From contig CALUMM010000002.1 in NCBI GenBank assembly GCA_944321755.1, positions 8,674-72,673 of the forward strand: a stretch of DNA of 64,000 bases. Reading direction: 5' to 3'. The notes under the pieces are model-generated. The model saw only the letters and a list, made by a program, of their open reading frames with translations, had not been told where the DNA came from and did not search any database. Below, piece by piece: positions 19,237 to 28,301 of this stretch; within the stretch, counting starts at the first letter, position 1, and the number at the start of each line of letters is the position of its first letter. Both the position numbers and the translations under genes were made by a program. The DNA is from an uncultured Alistipes sp. Its GTDB lineage: Bacteria; Bacteroidota; Bacteroidia; Bacteroidales; Rikenellaceae.

Positions 19237-20214
19237 ATGACTTACCTTGAAAATGCAAAACAGTACACCGGTTCCGACCTCGAAAACATCTTCTTCCGCC
19301 CGATCCTGACCGGGCAGTCCGCCGAGGACCTCGGCGTGCGCGTCCTCTACAACATGCCCCAGGCCGCCCACATCCAACTCTGGGACGGACAGCGCAATAT
19401 CCTCCAGAAGTTCACCTCCGCAGGCTGGACCGGAAGCGCCGACGCCAAACGATTCGAAAAGGCAATCGACCTCCAGCGCGTCAAGGCCGAACTCGGATTC
19501 TCCGCCGCGGATTACTTCTCGATGGTCTACGAAAAGGTCGCCTCGATCATCGACGTCAACATGGAGGACCTCTCCGGAACCATCCTCGAACAGGCCGAAA
19601 CCGAACTCTTCCGCAAGGCCCTCGCCGAAAACATCCGCGCAACGATGTGGGCCGGAGACACCTCGGCTTCATCCGGATACAACACCTTCGACGGGTTCCT
19701 CAAACTCATCAAGGGACTCGTCACCGACCAGGCCATCTACAACGCCACCTATCAGGCCGCAGACCTCGAAGACACAAGCTACGCGCCCACGCTCTTCGAC
19801 AAACTCTGGACCCAGGCCGATCCCCGGGCCCAGGACCTCAAGGCCGAAGGCCAACTCGCCTACTTCGCCTCTTCGGACATCTGCTACCTCTACGAGAAGT
19901 ACCTCGACGAAAAGGGCGCCGACTCCGCATACATCGACGCCGTAAACGGACGCAAGACGCTCGCATACCACGGCATCCCGGTCATCGACGTGCGCATGGG
20001 AAGCTACCTCTCCAGCACGACGCTCCACCAGTCGTTCTGTATGCTCACCGACCGCCGCAACCTCGTCCTGGCCGTCAACACCGCCGACATGCCCGGAAAC
20101 GAAGTCCGCATGTGGTACAACCCCGACGAGATGGAGAACCGCCAGCGCGCCGTCTTCATGGCCGGCTGCACGCTCCTCGATGAGGCCCTGATCACCTACG
20201 CCTACAAACAGTAA
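19237..20214 (+). CDS. Putative major capsid protein (HK97 fold inferred)
   Basis: 325 aa, directly after the head protease, with a strong A-rich initiation region. NILQK..., MWAGD...FDGFLK, YHGIPV and NLVLAV patterns resemble Bacteroidota siphophage capsids. Confidence 0.7.
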   Translation: MTYLENAKQYTGSDLENIFFRPILTGQSAEDLGVRVLYNMPQAAHIQLWDGQRNILQKFTSAGWTGSADAKRFEKAIDLQRVKAELGFSAADYFSMVYEKVASIIDVNMEDLSGTILEQAETELFRKALAENIRATMWAGDTSASSGYNTFDGFLKLIKGLVTDQAIYNATYQAADLEDTSYAPTLFDKLWTQADPRAQDLKAEGQLAYFASSDICYLYEKYLDEKGADSAYIDAVNGRKTLAYHGIPVIDVRMGSYLSSTTLHQSFCMLTDRRNLVLAVNTADMPGNEVRMWYNPDEMENRQRAVFMAGCTLLDEALITYAYKQ

Positions 20215-20222
20215 TTCACGCC

Positions 20223-20264
20223 GGGCGCCGCCGTACCCGCACTCCGCCGGTCACGGCGGCGCTC
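20223..20264 (+). terminator. GC-rich stem-loop after the capsid gene (mRNA stabiliser or partial terminator)
   Basis: gggcgccgccgt ... acggcggcgctc inverted repeat, no U-tract. Confidence 0.45.
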
Positions 20265-20286
20265 CCCCGAAATCCCACAACATGCC

Positions 20287-21513
20287 ATGAGCAAAGCGAA
20301 AAATTTCAAAACTGCCGTCGCCGTCGCCAACCGCACAGACCCCTACATCGCCCTGGGGACCGTCCGCGTCGAAAGCGATCGTTTCTGGCGTTGGGGCGAC
20401 GACAACCTCTTCCCCGCAGCCCTCGCTCTGATGGCCCGCCGCTCGACCACACACCGACGCATCATCAACGACAAGGCCGACTACATCTCGGGAAAGGGGT
20501 TCATCTGCGACGAGGCCCGGCTGCCCGCCCTGGCCGCATTCGTCCGCCGCGTGAACGGAAACGGGGAGAGCCTCAGACAGGTGCTCAACAAACTGGCCTT
20601 CGACAAGTCGCTCTTCGGAAACGCCTTCCTCGAAATCGTCACCGATACCGACCACTCGTTCCTCTCGCTCTACCACCAGGACGCATCCCGCTGCCGCGTG
20701 GCTCGCGACGCGGAGCACATCCTCCTCCACCACGACTGGTCGGCCTTCAAGCCCGCCGAAGCCCGGACACTCCCCCTCTACCCGAACTTCGAACCTCAGG
20801 ACGACGGAACACTCCGCGCCATCGTCCACTACAAGGACTACGAACCCATGTTCGAACACTACGGCGTCCCGACCTACATCGCCGGATTCGGCGTCTCGGC
20901 CATCGCCTACAAGACCGACCGCTGGAACATCTCCCGCCTGGACAACTCCTTCCAGCTCTCCGGCGTGATGATGCTCGACTCCTCGGTCGACAGCGAGGCC
21001 GAAGCCGAACGCATCGTGCGCATGGCCGAACGCAAGTTCGCCGGAAACCCCGGGCAGGTGATGTTCGTCATCCGCGACGGCGGCGACGACGACAACTCGC
21101 GATTCATCCCCATCACGGCCCAGAACGAAGGCGACTGGCAAGCCCTGCACGAACAGGCCGTCAGCGACATCGTCGTGGCACACTCCTGGTTCCGGACCCT
21201 GAGCGGCCTGGACTACGCCTCGGGATTCAATGCCGAGCGCATCCTCCACGAGTACGAGGTGGCCCTCAACACGGTGATCCTCGCCGAACAGGCCGAACTC
21301 ACCGAACCCATCCGCGAGATCATCACCGCCGTCCTCGGCCTCGACACCTCGTCGCTGCAGATCGTCAACCGCCCGCCGACACGTTCGAAACCCATCTACA
21401 TGAAGGTCTGGGAGGCCCGCAAGGCCGACGGCCTCGACTACGACCCCGAAGATCCGAAACAGCAGGCCTTCCTCTCCGAAATCACCAAATACAACGTCAC
21501 AAGCATCGGCTGA
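20287..21513 (+). CDS. Putative phage portal protein
   Basis: WGDDNLFP...STTHRRIINDKADYISGKG, LFGNAFLEI, YGVPTY, NSFQLSG, KFAG and IVVAH motifs typical of Bacteroidota phage portals; 408 aa. Confidence 0.8.
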   Translation: MSKAKNFKTAVAVANRTDPYIALGTVRVESDRFWRWGDDNLFPAALALMARRSTTHRRIINDKADYISGKGFICDEARLPALAAFVRRVNGNGESLRQVLNKLAFDKSLFGNAFLEIVTDTDHSFLSLYHQDASRCRVARDAEHILLHHDWSAFKPAEARTLPLYPNFEPQDDGTLRAIVHYKDYEPMFEHYGVPTYIAGFGVSAIAYKTDRWNISRLDNSFQLSGVMMLDSSVDSEAEAERIVRMAERKFAGNPGQVMFVIRDGGDDDNSRFIPITAQNEGDWQALHEQAVSDIVVAHSWFRTLSGLDYASGFNAERILHEYEVALNTVILAEQAELTEPIREIITAVLGLDTSSLQIVNRPPTRSKPIYMKVWEARKADGLDYDPEDPKQQAFLSEITKYNVTSIG

Positions 21514-21591
21514 TCCGCCGTCCGTGCGGGGCCTCCGGTCCCGATCGGAGGGCGTCGCACGGCGGCGGCGCGCCGAAAACGAACCCTTCCC

Positions 21592-22065
21592 ATGAATACG
21601 CTCATCTCACCCCTCCAACTCCTGAAACTCGCCTTCCGGGAGGGCGAGTACCTCCCGCCCGAGACCTTCGGCGAGGCCGACATCGCCGCCGCAGAACAGC
21701 GCTACATCGTCCCGGTAATCGGTCCGGAGTTTCACGAAAAACTCCTCGCCGGTGACTATCCGGAATTCCGCGACGAATACCTTGCGGCCCCTCTGGCGCT
21801 CTTCACCCGGCTTGCCCTGCAGCCGCGGCTCGACATCCGAACCGGACAGTGCGGAACAACCGCCCCGAAATCCTCCTGGAGCCAGCCCGCCGACGACGAA
21901 GCCCTCCTGCGGCACCGGCACGCCCTGCGCTGCGAAGCCCGCACGCTCCTGCGCCGGGCCTCCGACTACCTCGAAAACCACCGGGACGAATTCCCGGAGT
22001 ACCTTCCCGAAAAGAACATCCTGAAACGCTGTACGACCGATGGAGGCTTTGTTCAGATTCGTTAG
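21592..22065 (+). CDS. Putative head-tail adaptor (DUF6712-like)
   Basis: Directly after the portal; IAAAEQRYIVPVIGPEFHEKL and YLENHRDEFPEY patterns. Confidence 0.6.
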   Translation: MNTLISPLQLLKLAFREGEYLPPETFGEADIAAAEQRYIVPVIGPEFHEKLLAGDYPEFRDEYLAAPLALFTRLALQPRLDIRTGQCGTTAPKSSWSQPADDEALLRHRHALRCEARTLLRRASDYLENHRDEFPEYLPEKNILKRCTTDGGFVQIR

Positions 22066-22492
22066 CGGCGTCGTAGCGGGGGTTGCCGCCCTCTTCTCTC
22101 CCATCCAACCGCTCGTGGTCACCACCCTGGTCTTCATCGGGGTGGACTTCGTCTCGGGGATCCTCGCCGACCGGGCCGTCGCGCTCCGGCAGGGGAAAAA
22201 GTGGTACTTCGAGAGCTGCAAGGCCTGGAGAACGGTCGCCAAGATGGGGCTCGCCATCACGGCCATCGCCATGGCCTGGCTCCTCGACCGCTGCGTCCTG
22301 GACTTCATGCAGCTGAACCTCGCCAAGCTCTTCACCGGATTCACCTGCGGCGTGGAGTTCTGGTCGTTCCTCGAAAATGCCGCACAGTTCTCCGAAGCGC
22401 CGCTCTTCCGCTGGCTGCGACGCTACGCCAAGCGCCGCATGGAATCTCAGCTTCACATTCAGGACGACGACTATGGCACGGGGACTCGATAA
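22040..22492 (+). CDS. Phage holin family protein
   Basis: Three TM segments, DFVSGI and VEFWSFLENA motifs. Confidence 0.8.
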   Translation: MEALFRFVSGVVAGVAALFSPIQPLVVTTLVFIGVDFVSGILADRAVALRQGKKWYFESCKAWRTVAKMGLAITAIAMAWLLDRCVLDFMQLNLAKLFTGFTCGVEFWSFLENAAQFSEAPLFRWLRRYAKRRMESQLHIQDDDYGTGTR

Positions 22493-22880
22493 CCGCAATC
22501 CCGGGAACATCCGGCAGTCAAAGGTCCGCTACCGGGGCGAGGTCCGCCCCTCGCGCGACCCGGCGTTCAAGGAGTTCGAAACGCTGGCCTGGGGCTACCG
22601 CGCCATCTTCGTGCTGCTCGACACCTACCGTCTCCGCTACGGGCTCGACACCCTCCGGGGGATGATCTCCCGCTGGGCCCCGCCCTCGGAGAACCATACC
22701 GATATCTACATCCGCGCCGTGGCCGCCGATACGGGCATCGACCCCGACGAACCGCTCGACACACGCAACGCAAAAACCATGATTCCCATTGCGGCAGCCA
22801 TTTCGCGCGTGGAGAACGGAACCCCGGCCGACATGCGGCAGGTGGCCGACGGATGGGACCTTTTTCTCTCACCCGAGTGA
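22473..22880 (+). CDS. Lysozyme-like virion/lysis protein ('structural protein P5'-like)
   Basis: MARGLDNRNPGNIR, F......GYRA, ISRWAPPSENHT..YI and AISRVENG motifs; overlaps the holin gene. Confidence 0.75.
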   Translation: MARGLDNRNPGNIRQSKVRYRGEVRPSRDPAFKEFETLAWGYRAIFVLLDTYRLRYGLDTLRGMISRWAPPSENHTDIYIRAVAADTGIDPDEPLDTRNAKTMIPIAAAISRVENGTPADMRQVADGWDLFLSPE

Positions 22881-22913
22881 CTTTTTTTCGTCTGTTTTGA
22901 TTATCTTGCAGGT

Positions 22914-24392
22914 ATGAAAATCGCCTGCCTGTTGGATCGGCTCAATCGGATGCCGATGGTCAAGCTCCTCGCACCCTTCACCGCGGGGATTGCCTTGGCC
23001 GGAATGTACGAACTGCCCCTGTGGTTTCTCGCAGGGGCTTTCGTCTGTACGGGCATCGTGGCCCTCCTCCTCCGTTCGGGAGCGGCCGCCGTGGCGATGC
23101 TCCTCACGTCGGGATTCGCCGCAGCACAACTCCGGACGCCCGAGATAACGGTCCCGCGGGAGGTGTACACCCTCTACGAAGTTGTCGTGGAGGGATTTCC
23201 CGTCGAACGGGAGCGCTATTCGGTCGCCGATGCCGCAGTCACGGCCTGGAGGGACCCGTCGAAGGGGCACTGGCACGCCTCGGAGGCCCGGATCCGGCTC
23301 TATGCCGATTCGCTGACCCGGCTTCGGGACGGAGAGCGGATCCGCTGCCAAGGTCGTGTGAAGCCCTTCCAGGGCGGTGCCGAGAGCTACCGGCGGCTGA
23401 TGGAGCGGCGGGGTTATGCCGGAACGCTGTGGATCGGCGAACGCTCGATCCTCGACCGGAGGGAGCCCCGGGGCACGACCCTGCACCGCCGGGCCGTCGA
23501 ACGTCTCGACCGACTGCCGATGGCTCCCGAAGCCCGGGCCGTCGTCGAGGCGATGGCCGCGGGCGAACGGCGCGGAATCCCCGCCGAACTCCGAACGGAC
23601 TACTCCCGCAGCGGATTGTCCCACCTGCTCGCCGTATCGGGTCTCCATACGGGGATCGTCTTCGTCGTGGTGAACGCCCTGCTCTGGTGGCTGCCCCTGT
23701 TGCGGCGCGGGCATCTCTGGAAGAATCTCTTCGCAGCGGCCGCCGTCTGGCTCTTCGTCGCCGCAGCCGGATTCCCGCCCAGCGCCGTGCGCGCCGCCGT
23801 GATGTGCACCTTCCTCCAGGCCGCACTCGCCTCCGCCTCGGAGTATGTCGGAATGAATGCCCTGGCCCTGGCGGCCTTCGGGATGCTGCTCTGGAATCCC
23901 AACTGGATCGGCGACCTGAGTTTCCAGCTCTCGTTCCTGGCCGTCGCGGGAATCCTCCTTTGGGGCGTGCCGCTCTGCCGAAGGTGCCGGACCCGCCACC
24001 GGTGGCTGAATGCCGGGATCGACGCCTACGTGATCGGGCTGACGGCCACACTGGCCACGGCACCGCTCGTCTCACACACCTTCGGCATCGTACCGCTCGC
24101 CGGACTGGTCATCAATCCGGCGGCCATTCTGCTGGCCGGGGTCGTGGTCTTCGGCGGAGCACTCTGGATGCTCCTGCCCGTCGGGTGGCTTGCGCCGCTC
24201 TTCGGGCTGGTGACGGGCAAGGCCGCCGAGGCGGTCAACTTCCTGGCCCGGACGACCGCCGCACTGCCCGGAGGCGCAACCGACTATACGCTCGAAAAGG
24301 CTCCCACCATACTCCTCTATGCGGTTTTCCTCCTCGCAACGCTCGCCGCAGGGTGCCGGGAACCGAAAAAAAGCCTACCTTTGCGTCCGTAA
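22914..24392 (+). CDS. comEC: ComEC/Rec2 competence channel
   Basis: SGLSHLLAVSGLH, PSAVRA and SFQLSF motifs; no C-terminal MBL domain. Confidence 0.9.
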   Translation: MKIACLLDRLNRMPMVKLLAPFTAGIALAGMYELPLWFLAGAFVCTGIVALLLRSGAAAVAMLLTSGFAAAQLRTPEITVPREVYTLYEVVVEGFPVERERYSVADAAVTAWRDPSKGHWHASEARIRLYADSLTRLRDGERIRCQGRVKPFQGGAESYRRLMERRGYAGTLWIGERSILDRREPRGTTLHRRAVERLDRLPMAPEARAVVEAMAAGERRGIPAELRTDYSRSGLSHLLAVSGLHTGIVFVVVNALLWWLPLLRRGHLWKNLFAAAAVWLFVAAAGFPPSAVRAAVMCTFLQAALASASEYVGMNALALAAFGMLLWNPNWIGDLSFQLSFLAVAGILLWGVPLCRRCRTRHRWLNAGIDAYVIGLTATLATAPLVSHTFGIVPLAGLVINPAAILLAGVVVFGGALWMLLPVGWLAPLFGLVTGKAAEAVNFLARTTAALPGGATDYTLEKAPTILLYAVFLLATLAAGCREPKKSLPLRP

Positions 24393-24411
24393 ACCGAACA
24401 CTTCCGCCCCC

Positions 24412-25557
24412 ATGATCACCGCCGAGGAATACGAACTGCTGCGTAGCGACGAGCTCCGGCAGGCAATCGCCGCCGCCCGGGGCCGCGACCCGCTGGAGGT
24501 GGCGCTCGACCGGACGGTCCCCCATGCCCGGCTCGTCGCCACGCAGGTCAAGTACCTTGCACGCGCCGAACGCAAACTCCCGACGTATGCCGCCGCGCAG
24601 TGCATCCTGCCCCCGCGGGCCTTCGAGCAGGCGTCGAGCGAGGCGACGGCCGCCCACAAGCGGATCGCGGGCGACACGGTGCTGGACCTCACCTGCGGGC
24701 TGGGGGTCGATGCGCTCTATCTCGCCCGGCATTTCCGCCACGTCGTGGCCCTCGAACGCGACCCGCTGCTGGCCCGCATCACCACCGACAACCTTTCGAG
24801 AATGGGAGTTGCGAATATCGAGGTCGTCAACACTTCGGCCGAGGAGTTTTTAGACCGCCGGGGGCTGCATTTCGACTGGGTCTACGCCGATCCCGACCGC
24901 CGTTCGGCCGAAGGGCGCAAGCAGGTGCGGCTCGAAGCCTGCTCGCCCGACATCGTGGCCCTGAAACCGGCGATCGACCGCATCGCGCCGCGGCTCTGTC
25001 TGAAAAACTCCCCGCTGTTCGATGTGGACGAGGCCCTGCGGCTCTTTCCCGGGAGCCGTGTGGAGGTCGTCTCGTCGGGCGACGAGTGCAAGGAGGTGAT
25101 GGTCTACGCCGACGGCTCGGGACCGCTCCTGACGGCCACGGCGCTCGGCGCGGGAAGTTTCTCGGCCCGGCCCGGAGCCGCCGCGCCCGAAGCCCCGGCA
25201 TTCGATCCGGCGCGTTACCGCTGGCTGGTGGTCCCGGACGTCGCCCTCCAGAAGGCCCGCCTCACACGCCTCCATCTGGCCGGGAAGGCCGACTGCTGGA
25301 GCGACCTCGGATTCGGATTCGCCGAAGAGGAGCCGCACGGCGTTATCGGGCGCGTGCTGCCCGTCGAGCGGATCGAGCCCTACGACCCGAAGCGGCTGAA
25401 ACACGAACTGAAGGGCCGCGGCCTCGAACTCCTCAAACGCGACTTCCCGCTCCCGGCCGAGGAGCTGATGCGGCGCCTCGGCACCCGCCCCGGCTCCGGC
25501 CTGCGGATGGCCTTCACGAAAATCGGGAACGATTTTTGGGCGATCCGCCTAAAATAG
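24412..25557 (+). CDS. SAM-dependent methyltransferase with THUMP-like domain
   Basis: EQASSE, LDLTCGLGVD, YADPDRR and K.SP motifs; TACCTTTG -7 element at 24376-24383. Confidence 0.85.
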   Translation: MITAEEYELLRSDELRQAIAAARGRDPLEVALDRTVPHARLVATQVKYLARAERKLPTYAAAQCILPPRAFEQASSEATAAHKRIAGDTVLDLTCGLGVDALYLARHFRHVVALERDPLLARITTDNLSRMGVANIEVVNTSAEEFLDRRGLHFDWVYADPDRRSAEGRKQVRLEACSPDIVALKPAIDRIAPRLCLKNSPLFDVDEALRLFPGSRVEVVSSGDECKEVMVYADGSGPLLTATALGAGSFSARPGAAAPEAPAFDPARYRWLVVPDVALQKARLTRLHLAGKADCWSDLGFGFAEEEPHGVIGRVLPVERIEPYDPKRLKHELKGRGLELLKRDFPLPAEELMRRLGTRPGSGLRMAFTKIGNDFWAIRLK

Positions 25558-25599
25558 CTATCTTTGTACGAATAGCACCGCAACGGCGGACCGAGCCCC

Positions 25600-26904
25600 A
25601 TGAAACTCCGAAAACTCTTCACCTACTTCACCGACACGATTTTCCGCCAGGACGTCAACGAATGGCGCAATCCCGTCGTGCGGTGGCTCGTACAGCAGTA
25701 CAAGCTGCTCTTCTACACGGCCCGCGGGCTGGTCGAGCACGGAACCCTGGTCCGCTCCGCAGCCCTCACCTTCTACACGCTCATGTCGCTCGTGCCGCTC
25801 GTGGCCCTGGTCTTCGCCGTAGTCAAGGGCTTCGGACTCGCCGACGGACTCGTCGAAAACCTCTACGGATTCTTCCCCCAGCACCCCGAAACCGTCGACT
25901 ACATCGTCGGATTCGCCGAGAACGCCCTGGCCCGAACCCAGGGCGGCGTCGTGGCCGCCGTGGGGCTGGTCATGCTCTTCTGGGCCGTGATCCGCGTCTT
26001 CGGGTCGATCGAAAGCGCCTTCAACAACATCTGGGAGGTCAAGGTCGAACGCAGCATCGCCCGACAGTGGACCGACTACATCGCCGTGGTGATGATCGTC
26101 CCCGTGCTCTGGATCCTCGCCAACGCCGTCGGCAACTACATCGAACAGCAGCTGGGACTCTACGACAAATGGTACTTCACGACCCTCTCCCGCCTGGCCT
26201 CGATGGTCGTCATCTGGACGATGTTCACGCTGCTCTACCTGATCATCCCCAACGCCCGGGTGCGCTTCCAGAGCGCCCTGATGGCCGGAATCGTCGCCGG
26301 AACCATCTTCCTGCTCTTCCAGTGGGGCTACGTCTACGTCCAGCGCTGGATGACCTCCTACAACGCCATCTACGGAAGTTTCGCCGCCCTGCCGCTCTTC
26401 CTGATCTGGATGCAGACCTCCTGGGAGATCCTCCTCTTCGGAGGCGAGCTCTCGTTCGCCTACCAGAACATCAGCCGCTTCGCCGAGGAGCGCGAATCGC
26501 TCAGGATCAGCTACGACCAGCGCCGCAAGGTGCTCCTCGCGGTGATGATCCTCGTGGCGCGGAATTTTCGCGACCACGGCGGGACGCTCCCGGCCGACGA
26601 GATCCGCGAACGCCTCGGACTCCCGACCCGGATCGTCAACGACATCCTCTTCCAGCTCGTGCAGGCCGGGCAGCTCATCGCCGTGCGTAGCGGCGACGGC
26701 GAACGCGAAGTGGCCTTCGCTCCGGCCCACGACCTCGCATCGGTCACCGTCTACGGAATCCTCGAAGCTGTCGAACGCACCGGGCAAACCACCCTCGACC
26801 TGGGACAAACCCCCGAACTGGCCCGCATGAACCGCGAAGTGGAACAGCTCAAACAGGAGGTTCTCCACTCCCCGAACAACGTGCGATTGACAGACCTGCT
26901 GTAA
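25600..26904 (+). CDS. YihY/BrkB-family membrane protein with C-terminal winged helix
   Basis: SAALTFYTLMSLVP, IESAFNNIW and YNAIYGSFAALP motifs; TATCTTTG at 25559-25566. Confidence 0.9.
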   Translation: MKLRKLFTYFTDTIFRQDVNEWRNPVVRWLVQQYKLLFYTARGLVEHGTLVRSAALTFYTLMSLVPLVALVFAVVKGFGLADGLVENLYGFFPQHPETVDYIVGFAENALARTQGGVVAAVGLVMLFWAVIRVFGSIESAFNNIWEVKVERSIARQWTDYIAVVMIVPVLWILANAVGNYIEQQLGLYDKWYFTTLSRLASMVVIWTMFTLLYLIIPNARVRFQSALMAGIVAGTIFLLFQWGYVYVQRWMTSYNAIYGSFAALPLFLIWMQTSWEILLFGGELSFAYQNISRFAEERESLRISYDQRRKVLLAVMILVARNFRDHGGTLPADEIRERLGLPTRIVNDILFQLVQAGQLIAVRSGDGEREVAFAPAHDLASVTVYGILEAVERTGQTTLDLGQTPELARMNREVEQLKQEVLHSPNNVRLTDLL

Positions 26905-26920
26905 ACCCAGAATAAAAGAG

Positions 26921-27700
26921 ATGAAACGAGTCGTCATTATCGGAAGCGGAAACCTGGCGGAGGCCCTGGCCCGCGCCGTCGCCGAAAGCGACCTGGAACT
27001 CCTCCAGCTCTTCGCCCGCAACCCGGAACGGGGCCGCACCGTCGCCGCCCTGGCCGGCTGCGGCTGGACCGCCGACCCCGAAGCGCTTCGCCACGATGCC
27101 GACATCTATCTGATCGCCGTCAGCGACCGCGCCGTGGCCGAAGTGGCCTCCACGCTACCGATCCCCGCGTCGGCCGCCGTCGCCCACACCGCCGGGAGCG
27201 TACCCCTGAGCGCCATTCCGGAGCGGTTCACCCATCGCGCCGTCTTCTACCCGATGCAGACCTTCACCAAGGGCCGCCGGATCGATTTTTCGGAGATCCC
27301 GGTCTTCCTCGAAACCGCAGACCCCGGATTCCGGACCGAACTCGAATCCTTCGCCCGCACGCTCTCCCGGACAGTGCTCTGGGCCGACTCCACACAGCGG
27401 GGCAAAGTGCACCTCGCCGCGGTCTTCGCCTGCAATTTCGCCAACCACATGTACGCCCTGGGCGAGGAGGTGGTCCGCAGCGCCGGGCTCGACTTTGCGG
27501 TGCTCAAGCCGCTGATCGCCGAGACCGCGGCCAAGGCGTGCGACAGCTCCTCGCCGCGCGACGTGCAGACCGGCCCCGCCGTGCGCAACGATACCGCCAC
27601 CCAGGAGCGGCACCTCGCCCTGCTCGACGGCAACCCGACCCTTCAGGAGATCTATACCCAAATCAGCGAAAACATATGGAAAACTTCAAGGAACAGATAG
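26921..27700 (+). CDS. Rossmann-like DUF2520 oxidoreductase
   Basis: IIGSGNLA, HTAGS, FYPMQTF, HLAAVFACNF and QTGPA.R.D motifs. Confidence 0.88.
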   Translation: MKRVVIIGSGNLAEALARAVAESDLELLQLFARNPERGRTVAALAGCGWTADPEALRHDADIYLIAVSDRAVAEVASTLPIPASAAVAHTAGSVPLSAIPERFTHRAVFYPMQTFTKGRRIDFSEIPVFLETADPGFRTELESFARTLSRTVLWADSTQRGKVHLAAVFACNFANHMYALGEEVVRSAGLDFAVLKPLIAETAAKACDSSSPRDVQTGPAVRNDTATQERHLALLDGNPTLQEIYTQISENIWKTSRNR

Positions 27701-28221
27701 CACGCTGCCGGACCTTCATCTTCGATGTTGACGGCGTGATGACCGACGGGGGGATCATCCCCACGCCCGACGGCGACTTCATCCGCCGCTACAACGCCAA
27801 GGACGGCTATGCGCTGGCCTACGCCATCAAACTGGGCTACCGCGTCTGCATCATCACCGGCGGACGCGGCAAGACGCTCGAACACCGGCTGCGGATGCTC
27901 GGAATCCGCCACTACTATGTCGACTGCATGGACAAGATCGCGGCGCTGCACGAATACCTCCGGAACGAGGGGGTAGCACCCTCCGACGTGATCTACATGG
28001 GCGACGACATCCCCGACCTGGAGTGTATGCGTGAAGTGGGGATTCCGGTCTGCCCGTCAGATGCCGCGTCCGAGGTGATCGAGGCCTCGCGTTACGTCTC
28101 GGAGTTCAAAGGAGGCGAAGGTGCCGTGCGCGACATCATCGAACAGGTGCTCCGGGTTCACGGCGACTGGGCACGCGATTCGCAGGGTGTGACGCCCTCG
28201 TCGCTGGCCGCTTCGTGCTGA
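27676..28221 (+). CDS. kdsC: KdsC-family HAD phosphatase
   Basis: FDVDGVMTDG, KDGYA, YMGDDIPD and GGEGAVR motifs. Confidence 0.8.
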   Translation: MENFKEQIARCRTFIFDVDGVMTDGGIIPTPDGDFIRRYNAKDGYALAYAIKLGYRVCIITGGRGKTLEHRLRMLGIRHYYVDCMDKIAALHEYLRNEGVAPSDVIYMGDDIPDLECMREVGIPVCPSDAASEVIEASRYVSEFKGGEGAVRDIIEQVLRVHGDWARDSQGVTPSSLAASC

Positions 28222-28236
28222 AAGCGGATATTCTAC

Positions 28237-28272
28237 AAAAAAACGGACGACCCCGACGGGCCGTCCGTTTTC
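28237..28272. terminator. Bidirectional intrinsic terminator between convergent genes
   Basis: aaaacggacg ... cgtccgtttt stem with A/T tails. Confidence 0.7.
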
Positions 28273-28301
28273 CGTATTCGGGGAATCTCCCCGCGCGGGA
28301 G

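Larger units (their letters stand above)
14688..22880 (+). mobile_element. Phage-derived virion/lysis gene module with no recognisable integrase, terminase or replication genes (candidate domesticated GTA-like element)
   Basis: Nine co-oriented, tightly packed genes including ClpP-type protease, capsid-like, portal-like, adaptor, holin and lysin-like genes; flanked by the mqnA-like gene and comEC. Confidence 0.75.

Noticed and set aside
19237-20214. Encapsulin nanocompartment interpretation of the capsid-like gene
   Set aside because: The neighbouring portal, adaptor, maturation protease, holin and lysin point to a virion-type particle, and no cargo enzyme is present.
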